In this document: in pieces, positions 30,453 to 41,316 of the stretch
Position numbering within the stretch: position 1 is the stretch's first letter
Layout of the letters: every line of letters starts with the position of its first letter
Assembly (NCBI GenBank): GCA_946965045.2
Contig: OX337229.1
Location: 3,162,001 to 3,226,000, forward strand
DNA length: 64,000 nt
Direction of reading: 5' to 3'
Origin: Epithemia pelagica
Taxonomy: Eukaryota > Protista > Bacillariophyta
Translations under genes and position numbers: made by a program
The notes under the pieces: model-generated
Told to the model about the DNA's origin: nothing
What the model saw: the letters and a program-made list of their open reading frames with translations, nothing else
The model's database searches: none

Positions 30453-31909
30453 CTGTTAAACATTTATAAAGAATGGATGTTAGAACAAAGTGTCAAAAGA
30501 AAGCGCCGAAATATGATCAAGACGTAAGGCACAGGTATACGCAGAATGATGAATGACTTATTCCCTGCGAATGCAGGATAGGCCCGGCCATGCACCACGA
30601 GAACCCTCAAGCTTAGTTGAGAAACGTACCACACCCTTTGCGCCTGGTTCGCCTTTTCCCTTTGATTGACGATGAGGGGTCTTTTCGTCTTGATCGCGGC
30701 GGCCATTGGAATTCGATGAGTGGTTCATTTTAGACACGTCCATTTCCGTTGTTGCGTTTTTACCAAACAATAGACGCAATGACCACACGAGTTTACCGCA
30801 ACGTAGACCACCAAGCGAACTTTAATCCGTTGTCTGTCCAGAAGAGTTGAGCAATTCAAAGAGGAGCAACAGATTTACTATGCCGATGAAGCTTGCTTTG
30901 CATCAAACATCCATTTATGACCTCAGGTGGGGGGCCCAATGACCTCAGGGAAGGACCAGGGCGCACCTAAAGCGACAGCTGAGCATGAAATACCCAAACA
31001 CCTTGTTAACCGTTGCCCGAATGCGGCAAATCGTATTTTCTCCTTCTGTCTATATTGTAAGGCTGACCCTTAAGCCTCTACGAAACGTGGAACGATGACT
31101 TCGTCGCACCAGCCTGCCTCGTACATTTTCCTTCACATTGGCGTATCGCTGACTGTCGAATATGAAAGACAAATTGGAATGTAATACAAATATTGTACTC
31201 GTAATATCGTTCTACAATATCGTTTCAGCGCATGGCGGTTTGGGTACGATTTCCCGACTAGTCCAGCACGCGCGCGCTATGACGATCGATCGCCAATCCT
31301 CTGCATAAGAAGAAGAGGGACTGGCACTGGCACCCCACCTCTTGTGACTGAACTACCTAATAAATAATTATAGAAAATGGGATCGGCCTATAGTCATACT
31401 CCCAAGCAAGAGCGACAAGATGACCTTCCAAGTCGCGTTTAAGCTCTTTCTATCAGTTGTTGATGAATGATGGGAAAGAGTCATGCGCGACTACACTAGG
31501 TAGTAGTCCCCGCTGAGGCGTTTCCAGTGCGAACCCGGACAGTTTTTCATGGTAGCTACCCTAGAGCTAGACTCTACCATACTGCCCCCAAACCAACTCC
31601 AACCTCCAACTCCTTTCCATGAACATTACTCTCCTCCTCTCTATTAGGAGTAGGATACTCCTAACTCCTAATACTCCTATACTCCTAGGAGCAAGCAACG
31701 CTACTGACGATCCAGCACCCAGCCCATCGAGTGTCGGAATTTACGCTCTCCATATCCATGGCCACGGAAAGTCTAATCACAGAAGACTTAACTAGGTTTG
31801 CAGTTATGGTTCTCGCCTGAAACTTCACAAGCGGAGAAGAAATCACCAAACCAGGAAACGAAAACAACGTCAACAATCACATGAATTTCTATCATTTCTC
31901 TTATCCACT

Positions 31910-32701
31910 TCAGCAGCAGCTTGATTTTTCCTGGGTTTGTGGGAGAATGGGAAATGCCTCTCGTTCCGGCTCCGGTTCGTGCTTGGGCAACTTTTTAGCA
32001 ATCTCAACAAAAAGTGCCTTGACATTATTGGCGTTCTTAGCCGACGTTTCCAGATGCAAAAGTCCATTTTCAGATGCGTACGCATTCGCTTCTTCAAATT
32101 CCACCTTACGCCGACCTTCTAAATCAGCCTTGTTTCCTGCCAGAGCAATAACAACGTTCGGGTCGCCTCTTCGCTGCAACTCCTTCACCCAGCTCTTGGC
32201 GCCGGTAAAGGAATCCGGATTAGTGATATCATATACAACAATTGCGGCGGCTGCGCCGCGATAATACATGGGAGCCAAACTACGGTAGCGCTCTTGCCCT
32301 GCGGTATCCCTGTAAATGAAAGAAATTCCGGTTGCTTTGTTATCAGAAAATTTTCTCTGTCCCGTCAAATGATATGAAAAGAGGGCAACATGAACCTACC
32401 AAATCTCGAATTTCACTGTGGCATCGTCAAGTTGGACTGTCTGGGTCAAGAACGCAGCTAAAAAGAAACAACCAATAATATCAGCAAGGAAATCGCAAGG
32501 CAACCCACAGCGAGACAAAAGAAGTGCATCAGCAGAGGAAAATCAATTGAATTTACCTCCAATTGTAGGTTCCTGGAATTCAAAGAACTCATCTCGCACG
32601 AATCGGACTACCAAACATGATTTTCCAACTGCTGTGTCGCCCAATAAAACAAGCTTGAAATGATGAATTCGGCTGTTCGATGATGCAGCAGGAGTGGCCA
32701 T
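31910..32701 (-). CDS. RAB5: Rab5-family small GTPase (exons 32557-32701, 32400-32457, 31910-32309)
   Basis: [52 protein letters not shown] and a terminal CC; splice junctions restore the frame. Confidence 0.95.
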
Positions 32702-33259
32702 CGTAAATCACTCAACTAGAAAGACAGAGTTGGTTGCGAATTGATTTCTGTGTCGAGGACTGTCAAGCTTTGATTGTCGATCGACGAGAATGCCACAGCG
32801 AAGTATGGATTATGAGTATATTCTTTTCCGAGGGCGAATGACACCAAATCCCCCCTGTCGTATATCAGTTCCTTTTCCCTTCGTGAATGCGTAAACGCGT
32901 CGGAAAACTCCGGGGACGTAATCTCCAGCCTTCAGAAATGCGTTTCATATGAAAGCGTGTAAAAGAAGAAATGATGAGAGGGTTGGAGTTTGCTTCGTGT
33001 TGGGAATGCTATGCGAGAATGAGTCTCACGACTCAGTCGAATCACGAGATGTGTTCGATCCGGTTCCGTTCCAACAGCTTTTTTCTTCCTACTATAGAGA
33101 CGATATTACTTCAACCAGGGCTCATATGAATGACAGAGTGTATTTGTAGTTGTACTAGAGAAGCTCAGGAAGTAGAGTCATCACAATCACAATGATTGCT
33201 ACGGATAAGGATCCGATATCAAGTTACGGCGATCATAAAGTGCAAATAGAACAAGAATA

Positions 33260-34849
33260 ATGTACAATGGCATAGGCCTTCGTTCAGTTCGTGGGACGGC
33301 GACTTCTGGTCATGTTCAAGCGAATCGTGGACATGTTCGCGCCAACCGAAGGCGGCAAGTTGTGGCACATCATCAAACAACTGGGCAAACCGCAGGCCGA
33401 AAAATCATGAGCGCTGCGGCAAAGTGGCAAGGAAACCGGGATATTCAACTTCACCACTACAAGAGACGTGTAGAGAATGAACTTTTGCTTCTAAGAGAGC
33501 GCTTGGAAGAGGAGAACATGCCTATTGACGAAATTGAACGAACAGTAGAAGAAGCGCGACAGGAAAAGCTGAAAGCTTTGGTAGATGTTCAGGACTCGAG
33601 CATAGAAGAATCGAAGGGCGAGGGGGAAGTAGGCTTGCTCGGTGATGGAAGCACTGTTGATCAGACGCGAAATACACGATGGAAAAATTCTAGAGATGGT
33701 CGTCATTCACCTCCAAAAGGATCGAGTTTGTCAACCAATACTCACGTCCAAGCGTTGCAGAAGAAAGAGAATATGGAAAAGGTTGCTCGTGCTTTTGGAA
33801 TTCAAGTGGAGAACCATATAGAAGGAAAGGCATTTGATTTGGAACAACAACGAGAAGAACGAAAGCAGAAGGAAGCGGAAGAAGAAAAGAAACAAGCTCT
33901 TTTGGCAAAAGCTGAGCGCAAAAAACAAAGGGATCTAGTCAGAGCCGCAAGAAAAGAGAAAAGGCGACAACAACAAGCAAAGTCGAAAAGCCGACGGAGG
34001 CGAAGGTCTCGAAGTCGTTCGTATAGCTCTGACAGCCGGAGTTCGTCGTCGTCAAGCCGTGGTAGCAGCTCGTATAGCTCTGACAGCGACAGCCGATATT
34101 CTTCCAGCAGCACCGGAAGCTCGTCGTCCCGATCTTCTTTGAGCAGTCGTTCCAGTTATTCAGGTCGCCGGAGAGCCAGTGGCCGTCAGAAAGCCAGGCA
34201 TGACTCTGATCGGAGCGCTAGTCCTCAATCACACCGAAGATCGATATCTAAGAAACGGGAAAGGTCGTGGAGTCGATCGTCTGGTGCTGGAGACAGTAGC
34301 GGTTCTAGACGAGAGCGGTCTCTCAGCAGAGGTAGGTCTCCCGAGCAAGAAAGGAGAGATACAGTCGGCGATGTCCGCCGCTCTAGCCTCGTACGGGAAC
34401 GCTCAGAAGACGAGCAGGGTTCACATAAGAGGACTTCACGCAAAATTCAATCCAAACGTCGCCGGTCGCCATCTCGTAGTGCGTCACCAGATGATCGAAG
34501 ATCACAGACAGAAACATCGGAGCGCGGAGCTAGTGGAGGAAATCGCATCCCGGCGGATAGCACACACGGTGCAGAAAATTTCTCTGAACGAAAAGAGAGC
34601 AGACGCCAAGCTAAGAATGATGTCGTGTCCGGACGACCACAGGATGACTCTCGTCGACGGTCCCTGTCGCGATCCCAGTCTCCATATTCGTCGGACTCCG
34701 CCAGTCGACGTTCGCGACGGTCCTCTCGCAGTGGGTCTTACTCTCCCCCACGCCGACGTCCTCGAGAGGAAAAGAGGATCCGACGATCGCGACGGGGCCC
34801 GTCGGCCTCCTCAGGTGAAGATAGAAGCATTCCTTCTAAACGGAGCTGA
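33260..34849 (+). CDS. CWC21: Cwc21/SRRM2-like splicing factor with cwf21 domain and RS-rich tail
   Basis: MYNGIGLRSVRGTATSGHVQAN, HHYKRRVENELLLLRERLEE and an extensive Ser/Arg tail. Confidence 0.9.
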   Translation: MYNGIGLRSVRGTATSGHVQANRGHVRANRRRQVVAHHQTTGQTAGRKIMSAAAKWQGNRDIQLHHYKRRVENELLLLRERLEEENMPIDEIERTVEEARQEKLKALVDVQDSSIEESKGEGEVGLLGDGSTVDQTRNTRWKNSRDGRHSPPKGSSLSTNTHVQALQKKENMEKVARAFGIQVENHIEGKAFDLEQQREERKQKEAEEEKKQALLAKAERKKQRDLVRAARKEKRRQQQAKSKSRRRRRSRSRSYSSDSRSSSSSSRGSSSYSSDSDSRYSSSSTGSSSSRSSLSSRSSYSGRRRASGRQKARHDSDRSASPQSHRRSISKKRERSWSRSSGAGDSSGSRRERSLSRGRSPEQERRDTVGDVRRSSLVRERSEDEQGSHKRTSRKIQSKRRRSPSRSASPDDRRSQTETSERGASGGNRIPADSTHGAENFSERKESRRQAKNDVVSGRPQDDSRRRSLSRSQSPYSSDSASRRSRRSSRSGSYSPPRRRPREEKRIRRSRRGPSASSGEDRSIPSKRS

Positions 34850-35048
34850 TTATGTTTACAATGGTGCTGGTTCGCTATCCTATGAGAGGAACTTCCCTAT
34901 GGACGTCCTTCCACCAACCCCAACCCTAGCTATAGTGACATTGTAGACACGCAAGCTTGAGAGGGTGGACGCACGCATCCCTACAAAACGATGGAACATA
35001 CCGAAGCACCATGAATTCCGCGATAATGGCGAGATAACGAACTCGTAA

Positions 35049-35812
35049 GGCTATCTCCACCCGAGCCCCGCTATGCTGACGTATTGGGGCTTTCTGATTG
35101 ACCTCGCTATCCGGATAGCGGATTAGCGGAGCCAAAGGGAAATAATCTCCACGATCTCCGTTAAAAGAACGCCGCTATCTCGCGTTGCGCGTACGCATTG
35201 CGCATATACCCTCTCTTGTTTCGGTTAAAAAGGGGTGCGGCTTGCGGAATTCAAACAAGACAATTAACGAGAGCACAAAGCATAAACCAAAGATGGAGGA
35301 CTCGTTGTTTTCCCTCTTCATCGTTGACTGTCATGGTGAATCATGTTGTTGTTCATGGCCATGTAGATGTAGGTTGTAGGTTGCAGTCCAATCGTCCTAT
35401 TGTATTCCCTCTCCGATTTCCGATTGATTGTTTGATAATCGAACAGATTGGATGATGCATTTGTTTGATTGTTGCATTCCTTCCGATCGTGATCCTCGAA
35501 TCATCTTGCTGTGCATGGTTCTTGTCCCATTGTAGGAAGTAGGGAACACAACAATGGAAAAAGAGATGGTAAGCGATCGTCACAAATCAATACGTGCCAT
35601 TGCCATGTGACAAGAGAGATACTGTTGGCAGCAGACGTTATTTTTTTTATGCCGACGGTTATATTTTGCTCCGCTATCCGCTATTTTTCCCGCTATTCGG
35701 GGCCCCAAATAGCGGCAAAAATAGCGGATAGCGGAGCTGTTTAGCGGTTAGAGGAGATGGTGGAGTTCGATAGCGGTTTTTGGACCTTTAGCGGCCCCGG
35801 GTGGAGATAGCC
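35049..35812. mobile_element. PIF/Harbinger-type MITE, 764 bp, TAA target duplication
   Basis: Perfect 15-bp TIR GGCTATCTCCACCCG. TAA at 35046-35048 and 35813-35815. Many subterminal CCGCTA/TAGCGG motifs; no coding capacity. Confidence 0.9.
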
Positions 35813-35959
35813 TAACACGCCTATCTCTTGTGATTTGTGATAGGTGATGGTAGTAGGAGTAGAGGGCAAGAAGGGGAGCCCTCAAAAGATTCGCCTCATT
35901 CATTGAGGCACCCCCAAATAACGCTGATATCTAAACAATGAGGGACTGCTTCCGAGGAA

Positions 35960-37240
35960 ATGAGCATACCAACAATGGTACATTCAACAAACCGGCGAGA
36001 ATCAGTTCTTCCAGAGACTTGGAGGGAGTTTAACCGTGCTCTACGTTCTCCACAGCCGTTCAATCCTTTCGCATGGATTTTTAGACTTGTTCATGGTGTG
36101 ATTGACCATATTTTCGTTTCCACGGGATGTGCCGATTTCTTTGCGAACAACGAAGTCCTATGCAAACTATGGAGACCCTGTATTCCACTCCTCGGAGTTG
36201 GACTTGTCGTCGTAGTTCTTACATCTTACTTCACCTGTCTACGAGGCGTCGTAAATGAGCGATGGTGTTGTCCAACGCTTACAAGCAGTAGGCAACAGCA
36301 TTGTCAGAGTTGCAGATGGATAGCACTGCATGATTTCCTTGTATTTTACTTGACCGGCATGATTCTGTTTCACTACGTGAACACAGTAATGACATCTCCG
36401 GGGGTAGCGCTGACCGATCGACCTATGTCATCATGGAAAGCTATTAATGGTCAGGGTGGTACATTCGGACTGAACGTCTTTCTCGATGAATCGGTCGAAC
36501 GAAATCGAGTCGCTTTGTACGGACCATTTCAACCGAGGAACAGCGAAAGTCACGAGCTCGGGTCTGTTGTATATTTTCCCAGCACCGAACCCTCATATTG
36601 TGAGAAATGCCAAATTCTTCGTCCACCTAGATGCCATCACTGCAGCTTTTGCAACCGGTGTGTCCTTCAGTTTGATCATCATTGCATCTGGGTCAACAAT
36701 TGCATCGGTTTCAACAATTACCGTCATTTTTTTCTGATGATCTTCTTCTTGACTGCTGCTTGCTGGTACGGTGCGGCTATTCTCTTCAAACCTTTCTACG
36801 AACCTTTGAAACAAAGAATTGGCGAAGAAGGATGGCGCTGGTTTTATTCGAACCAAACAGGATTCCTCAATCCACCTACTCCTATCCGTCTAATCAAAGA
36901 GTTATACACAGGGACTATTGCAGTGCAAACAATTACAAATCTTGTCTTCCCGCTCTTATTCGGAGTTGCTCTTATGACTTCTGGACTCTGTGCGTTTCAT
37001 CTATTCTATCTTGCAAAATCCCGAACAACATTGGAGCACAAAGTTCTCTTGGAAGGAACCATTCGTTCGATCTTGCGAGAACAAGGGAGGTCCGCCGACA
37101 CCTCTATCGTTAATCCGTACGACAACGGTTGGCCACGCAACGTTCGTCAAGTTCTAGGTCCGAATCTGCTCCTCTGTCTTTTGCCGATCGCGGTCAAGCC
37201 TCCAGCACCCCTCATACCGACTTTGGAGAAGAATCGATAG
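35960..37240 (+). CDS. DHHC palmitoyltransferase
   Basis: [41 protein letters not shown] and NPYDNG motifs; TM helices. Confidence 0.95.
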   Translation: MSIPTMVHSTNRRESVLPETWREFNRALRSPQPFNPFAWIFRLVHGVIDHIFVSTGCADFFANNEVLCKLWRPCIPLLGVGLVVVVLTSYFTCLRGVVNERWCCPTLTSSRQQHCQSCRWIALHDFLVFYLTGMILFHYVNTVMTSPGVALTDRPMSSWKAINGQGGTFGLNVFLDESVERNRVALYGPFQPRNSESHELGSVVYFPSTEPSYCEKCQILRPPRCHHCSFCNRCVLQFDHHCIWVNNCIGFNNYRHFFLMIFFLTAACWYGAAILFKPFYEPLKQRIGEEGWRWFYSNQTGFLNPPTPIRLIKELYTGTIAVQTITNLVFPLLFGVALMTSGLCAFHLFYLAKSRTTLEHKVLLEGTIRSILREQGRSADTSIVNPYDNGWPRNVRQVLGPNLLLCLLPIAVKPPAPLIPTLEKNR

Positions 37241-37349
37241 TCAATAGAGCTCAACCGTTTGTCTCCCAGTGGATATGTCCCATTGTACATTGGGTCGTAT
37301 GTCTTGAACAGTCCTCTTTTGTATGTACGAAAGAAGCAGCCTGGTAGTA

Positions 37350-40300
37350 TTAAGACACGCTCCTGTTGCTGTGGCTACCGCTTACCAAACTGTTGCTTCG
37401 GCTGCGGGTGACGGAAGAAGTTGAGTCTGAGGAAAAGAAGAGGAATCGCAAAAGCCATTTAACTCCAAATGGTCCGTCTCTATCCTGCACTCCCTCACCC
37501 AAACGTTCAAAAGTGTCACTTTTCGCGTATAATAGGGCTTTCCACCCGTTCAGACGAATTCGATATGTGTCGTTTCGCCGATCATAAAACTCAACCTTTC
37601 CTTCACCAAACTCGGTAGATACATCTTCACCGACTGCCGCTTTCAGGGGGACTAGAATACAATCGGGTTGCAGGTAGCATACCATACCCATACCAGACGA
37701 CGGGACGGTGACAATATGAACACCAGTTGTTGGTTCAACAGAAGCAAGCGTTCCTGAAATGCCCAGACTGGTCAGAACAGGGAAACCTTCTTGGCAGCCA
37801 TAAGCTATCCGAATTCTTAAATCATCTTTTCGTAGGTATGCAGTGGGATGTCTCTTGTGAGCAAGCGGCCAGCTCGTGAGGGAAACGTCATAAAAACCAT
37901 CCTCAGGACGGAACGACTTGACCACTCCATATCCATACTCGGTGGACACGGCAGCGCCATCTTCATAATAGCGTTTGAATCTGGGAGAGGGAGGCGGTTC
38001 CTTCTGAACAAGAAATGGCTCCAAAAGGCTACGAGATGTCGTTACAATACTTCCCAACGCTGAGAAGATCGACGGGTGGTCCTTTGACTGTTGTTCTTTC
38101 CAGAGTTGGGCCGTCTCAGGCGTACAATACAACACTGGGCTTGAACCATCGGCCAACTTCCATGACTGAAGAGATATTGCAACAGTTTGGTATTGGTTGG
38201 TCTGCCGAATAGGAGTGTCCAGCTTCGATTTCTTTGGAGACACGATTGGTCTCACAACTGAACCCGAACCAAAGGAGGTGTTGATCTTGGTACCCTCAAC
38301 GTACGGGAAATCGGGTTTTTGTTCCGTTGTCTCGGTTAAGGCAAGGCTCTGAAGGAGAGACTCCAGCAGACCTTTCTGAATGGGCCGAATTTCAGTAGTT
38401 CTTATGTACGCGGTAGCGTTCCAACCAAGCATTGCAACCACGGCGATATTGGGGTCTTTTCTGTATTCCAACACACGCGCGAGACCATACGGTGTGGTGC
38501 ATTGTTCTCCAACAGGAACTGGATCCCTTGATTCTGTCGTGGGGAAGAATGAGAACAGAGACGTCCGTTTGTCCACTTTCGGTAATACGGGTGGGGTGTA
38601 TTTGGTGATGGATCGTCCTCCAATCCAAGCTTTCACGACTTTAAGACTTTCGCCCGTATCGTGGTTCTCCAAGGTTTCCGGTTGCTCAGACGAGCTCGAA
38701 TCAGCAGATGCCTGCGATATGTAGTCGTCATGTTTCCCCACTTCTTGTTGCGAGTCCTTTCCATTCTCACCATTGTCATCATCGGCTTCGTCGTCCTCAA
38801 GAACGGTCTCAAGAGTTTTCGGTCCTTGTCGAATATTTTTCCTCGACTTCACAGTTTCTTTGGCCACTGCGTTATTGTGTTCTTCCGCTTGACTATCCAG
38901 TGGTCTCCAATCCAGTTCAACATGGTATAGATCAAAGATCGGGTCGAAGCCACAAATAACTGCGATACCGTAGGGAGTCCGTACTTTCTCACCATCTGCC
39001 CAACGGCGTTCTGCCCGGATAAGTTCGGCAGGAGAACTGCCATGCTTTTCCAAGAGTTGGTTGGCCCGCCATACGGCCTGGTTGAGCTCAATTCTACGAT
39101 CAACTTTCGAAGAGTCCGATGGCCACTGTTTTATGTGCTTAAAGTCTTTCACAGCATCCACACAGATCCTCCGAAGTCCCTCCAGTCGAATCAAGGGTGG
39201 ATACCGTGTAGCAGCATGGAGCGCTGCTTCAGGATACGTCCGGAAAAAGAAAGGTCTAAACTCCTTCTTCTGCCACCGCTCTGGGGCATATCCATATGTT
39301 TTGGGTATATCAGTCACAATCTGAACGTAGAGAGCCTCGAATTCGTAGGGAAAACTATCAAACATCAACTCCCCTGCTCGAACATCACCCTGTCCATTGT
39401 CGCAAACAAATACATGCTGAAATTCAGGATAGATCGATACAAACCGGCGGAAGTTGTCAAATTTTTTCTTGGCCAAGGGTTCAAAGTCATTCGTCACAAT
39501 ATAGGAACTTCCTGAGGCCAAATCTCCCGCCAACAAGCTCGGCATTGTGTGCATACCGCGTCGTCCATCCTCTCCCCTTGCTCGCAGTTTCTCAAATTTC
39601 GCATAGTTGGCTTTTTCGCTCATATCCTTGTACACATGAGGTCGAGCCGAAAGAAAAACGAGGTTCCCGACACGGTCATCCGGCCACTCATCTGGCCCGT
39701 GGATTCCCAGATCGAGTTCCCGATAAAATGCCAACACTCCGGGGTATACCGTTTTTCTAGAAAACCGTTTGTCAACACCCGCTGGGTACATTCCACCGCT
39801 GCAATACAAGGTATCGTCGACGTCGGAAAGTACTTTTCTCCATTGCATATCAACGAGTGCTCTCCAGCGCCTTGTCCCCATCTGAATGTTTGTTTGCTGT
39901 ACCGCAGCTTCTCGTCGAATGTGTCGTAAAATATCCTGCCTCACAGCCTCAGATCGGATATCGTCATAGATTAGTTTTGGCATGCAAAAATAATCACCCT
40001 TACTATCGGTCAACGTTTTCAATTCGGATAGATCATCTTGGTGCGTATTGAGAATAATGTTCCTTACCCAGTTTTCCGCTTGTGGGTTTGCTCTTAGCTT
40101 TAAAAGCTGAAGTGAATGAAGTAGGATAACTCTACTGTACACTGTCAAGATTGAAAGTCTTTCAACAGCCAGTAGATTGATGAGCTCTGTTCGATGCTTT
40201 CCATTAAAGTTTCGATGGTCCTTGATCTTGTAAAACAGCAACCCCAGTTTCACATGAGAGACGAGGTAGTTGAGTGCCCGTGGATCGCATTCTTCAAAGA

Positions 40301-40829
40301 CACTGATGATTTCGCGTTCTTTGGAAAGAACAAATCTCTGATTGAGAAAGTTGTTGATTGTGCTTGGGATCAAAAGCTGATCAATCTCTTTCAGGCACGA
40401 GTTTATTTTGGACACTTGACCTTCTACAGGGATACCCAAATCTCGTAGGCGTATCAGCGATTGGCCTCCGCTTTGATTCCTCCGCATTCCATGCGTTTGA
40501 CGACTTATTGTGACGCGATGGTGGCACCGATCCCACAAATGCATAAAGTAGCCCGAGGCACCGATGACAGCCATACCAAGCGCCGGGTGGTTCAGTCCAA
40601 ACGCAATAGGCGAATCATTGGCGAAAATGAGTGCCGTGCTCAGTAGGACGGCAAAGATGGTCCAGAATCGATTCTCAAACTCTTGCGCTTGATGGACGCC
40701 CGATTCTTCGTATGCGACAAACAAGTAGAGACTATACAGAAGAGCCACTAAACAGGAACACACAATAGGAGCCACCACGAAACAAGTCAACATCATCAGA
40801 ACGGTGGTCTTTGATGAGGGAAATTCCAA
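37350..40829 (-). CDS. Membrane-anchored HAD-type (App1/LNS2-like) phosphatase with C-terminal SH3/KOW-like repeats
   Basis: N-terminal TM segments; LSDVDDTL (DxDxT), FLSARP and CDNGQGD; six T-(P/S/E)-(Y/F/L)-G repeats. Confidence 0.6.
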   Translation of the reverse strand: MEFPSSKTTVLMMLTCFVVAPIVCSCLVALLYSLYLFVAYEESGVHQAQEFENRFWTIFAVLLSTALIFANDSPIAFGLNHPALGMAVIGASGYFMHLWDRCHHRVTISRQTHGMRRNQSGGQSLIRLRDLGIPVEGQVSKINSCLKEIDQLLIPSTINNFLNQRFVLSKEREIISVFEECDPRALNYLVSHVKLGLLFYKIKDHRNFNGKHRTELINLLAVERLSILTVYSRVILLHSLQLLKLRANPQAENWVRNIILNTHQDDLSELKTLTDSKGDYFCMPKLIYDDIRSEAVRQDILRHIRREAAVQQTNIQMGTRRWRALVDMQWRKVLSDVDDTLYCSGGMYPAGVDKRFSRKTVYPGVLAFYRELDLGIHGPDEWPDDRVGNLVFLSARPHVYKDMSEKANYAKFEKLRARGEDGRRGMHTMPSLLAGDLASGSSYIVTNDFEPLAKKKFDNFRRFVSIYPEFQHVFVCDNGQGDVRAGELMFDSFPYEFEALYVQIVTDIPKTYGYAPERWQKKEFRPFFFRTYPEAALHAATRYPPLIRLEGLRRICVDAVKDFKHIKQWPSDSSKVDRRIELNQAVWRANQLLEKHGSSPAELIRAERRWADGEKVRTPYGIAVICGFDPIFDLYHVELDWRPLDSQAEEHNNAVAKETVKSRKNIRQGPKTLETVLEDDEADDDNGENGKDSQQEVGKHDDYISQASADSSSSEQPETLENHDTGESLKVVKAWIGGRSITKYTPPVLPKVDKRTSLFSFFPTTESRDPVPVGEQCTTPYGLARVLEYRKDPNIAVVAMLGWNATAYIRTTEIRPIQKGLLESLLQSLALTETTEQKPDFPYVEGTKINTSFGSGSVVRPIVSPKKSKLDTPIRQTNQYQTVAISLQSWKLADGSSPVLYCTPETAQLWKEQQSKDHPSIFSALGSIVTTSRSLLEPFLVQKEPPPSPRFKRYYEDGAAVSTEYGYGVVKSFRPEDGFYDVSLTSWPLAHKRHPTAYLRKDDLRIRIAYGCQEGFPVLTSLGISGTLASVEPTTGVHIVTVPSSGMGMVCYLQPDCILVPLKAAVGEDVSTEFGEGKVEFYDRRNDTYRIRLNGWKALLYAKSDTFERLGEGVQDRDGPFGVKWLLRFLFFSSDSTSSVTRSRSNSLVSGSHSNRSVS

Positions 40830-41316
40830 GTCGTGCGTTAAGAACCAAAAGGATTCGGCGTTAGTACCGATCTATCACAAGCAATACGACAACATCTGCA
40901 TCATGTCACTGATCAAACGTACCACAACAAGCAAAAGCAAGACGATCATGGCAGCAAAACGATCCATCTTGACGCTAAAAAGTTGCTGTTCGCCAGTTCC
41001 TTGTCACGACAAACAACCTTGACTCCCCTACCTAGCTGCCATCACACATGGGAACAGCAGAAGCGTTCTCTTTAACGTTGTGGCATCGACGATTGTTCGT
41101 CGGCGTTTGCGTTTTTGGGAATGAAATCCGCGACTGCGAGAATCTAACGGCCGCGCGAGCGAACCATCAGAACAGTGGGTCGCGCAAAACCATCCGCGGT
41201 GTTGTTGGTCGAGAGAGTCTCCATTCTCCATGCCGACCACCATTCAACGTCGTCAGTCTCATGTAGGGTAAGAAGAATTCATGGAGCCCAGTATTTCATG
41301 CTACCTACCGTAGACA

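Noticed and set aside
34179-34946. 255-aa alternate-frame ORF overlapping Cwc21
   Set aside because: A by-product of RS-repeat codon usage; no recognisable domain.
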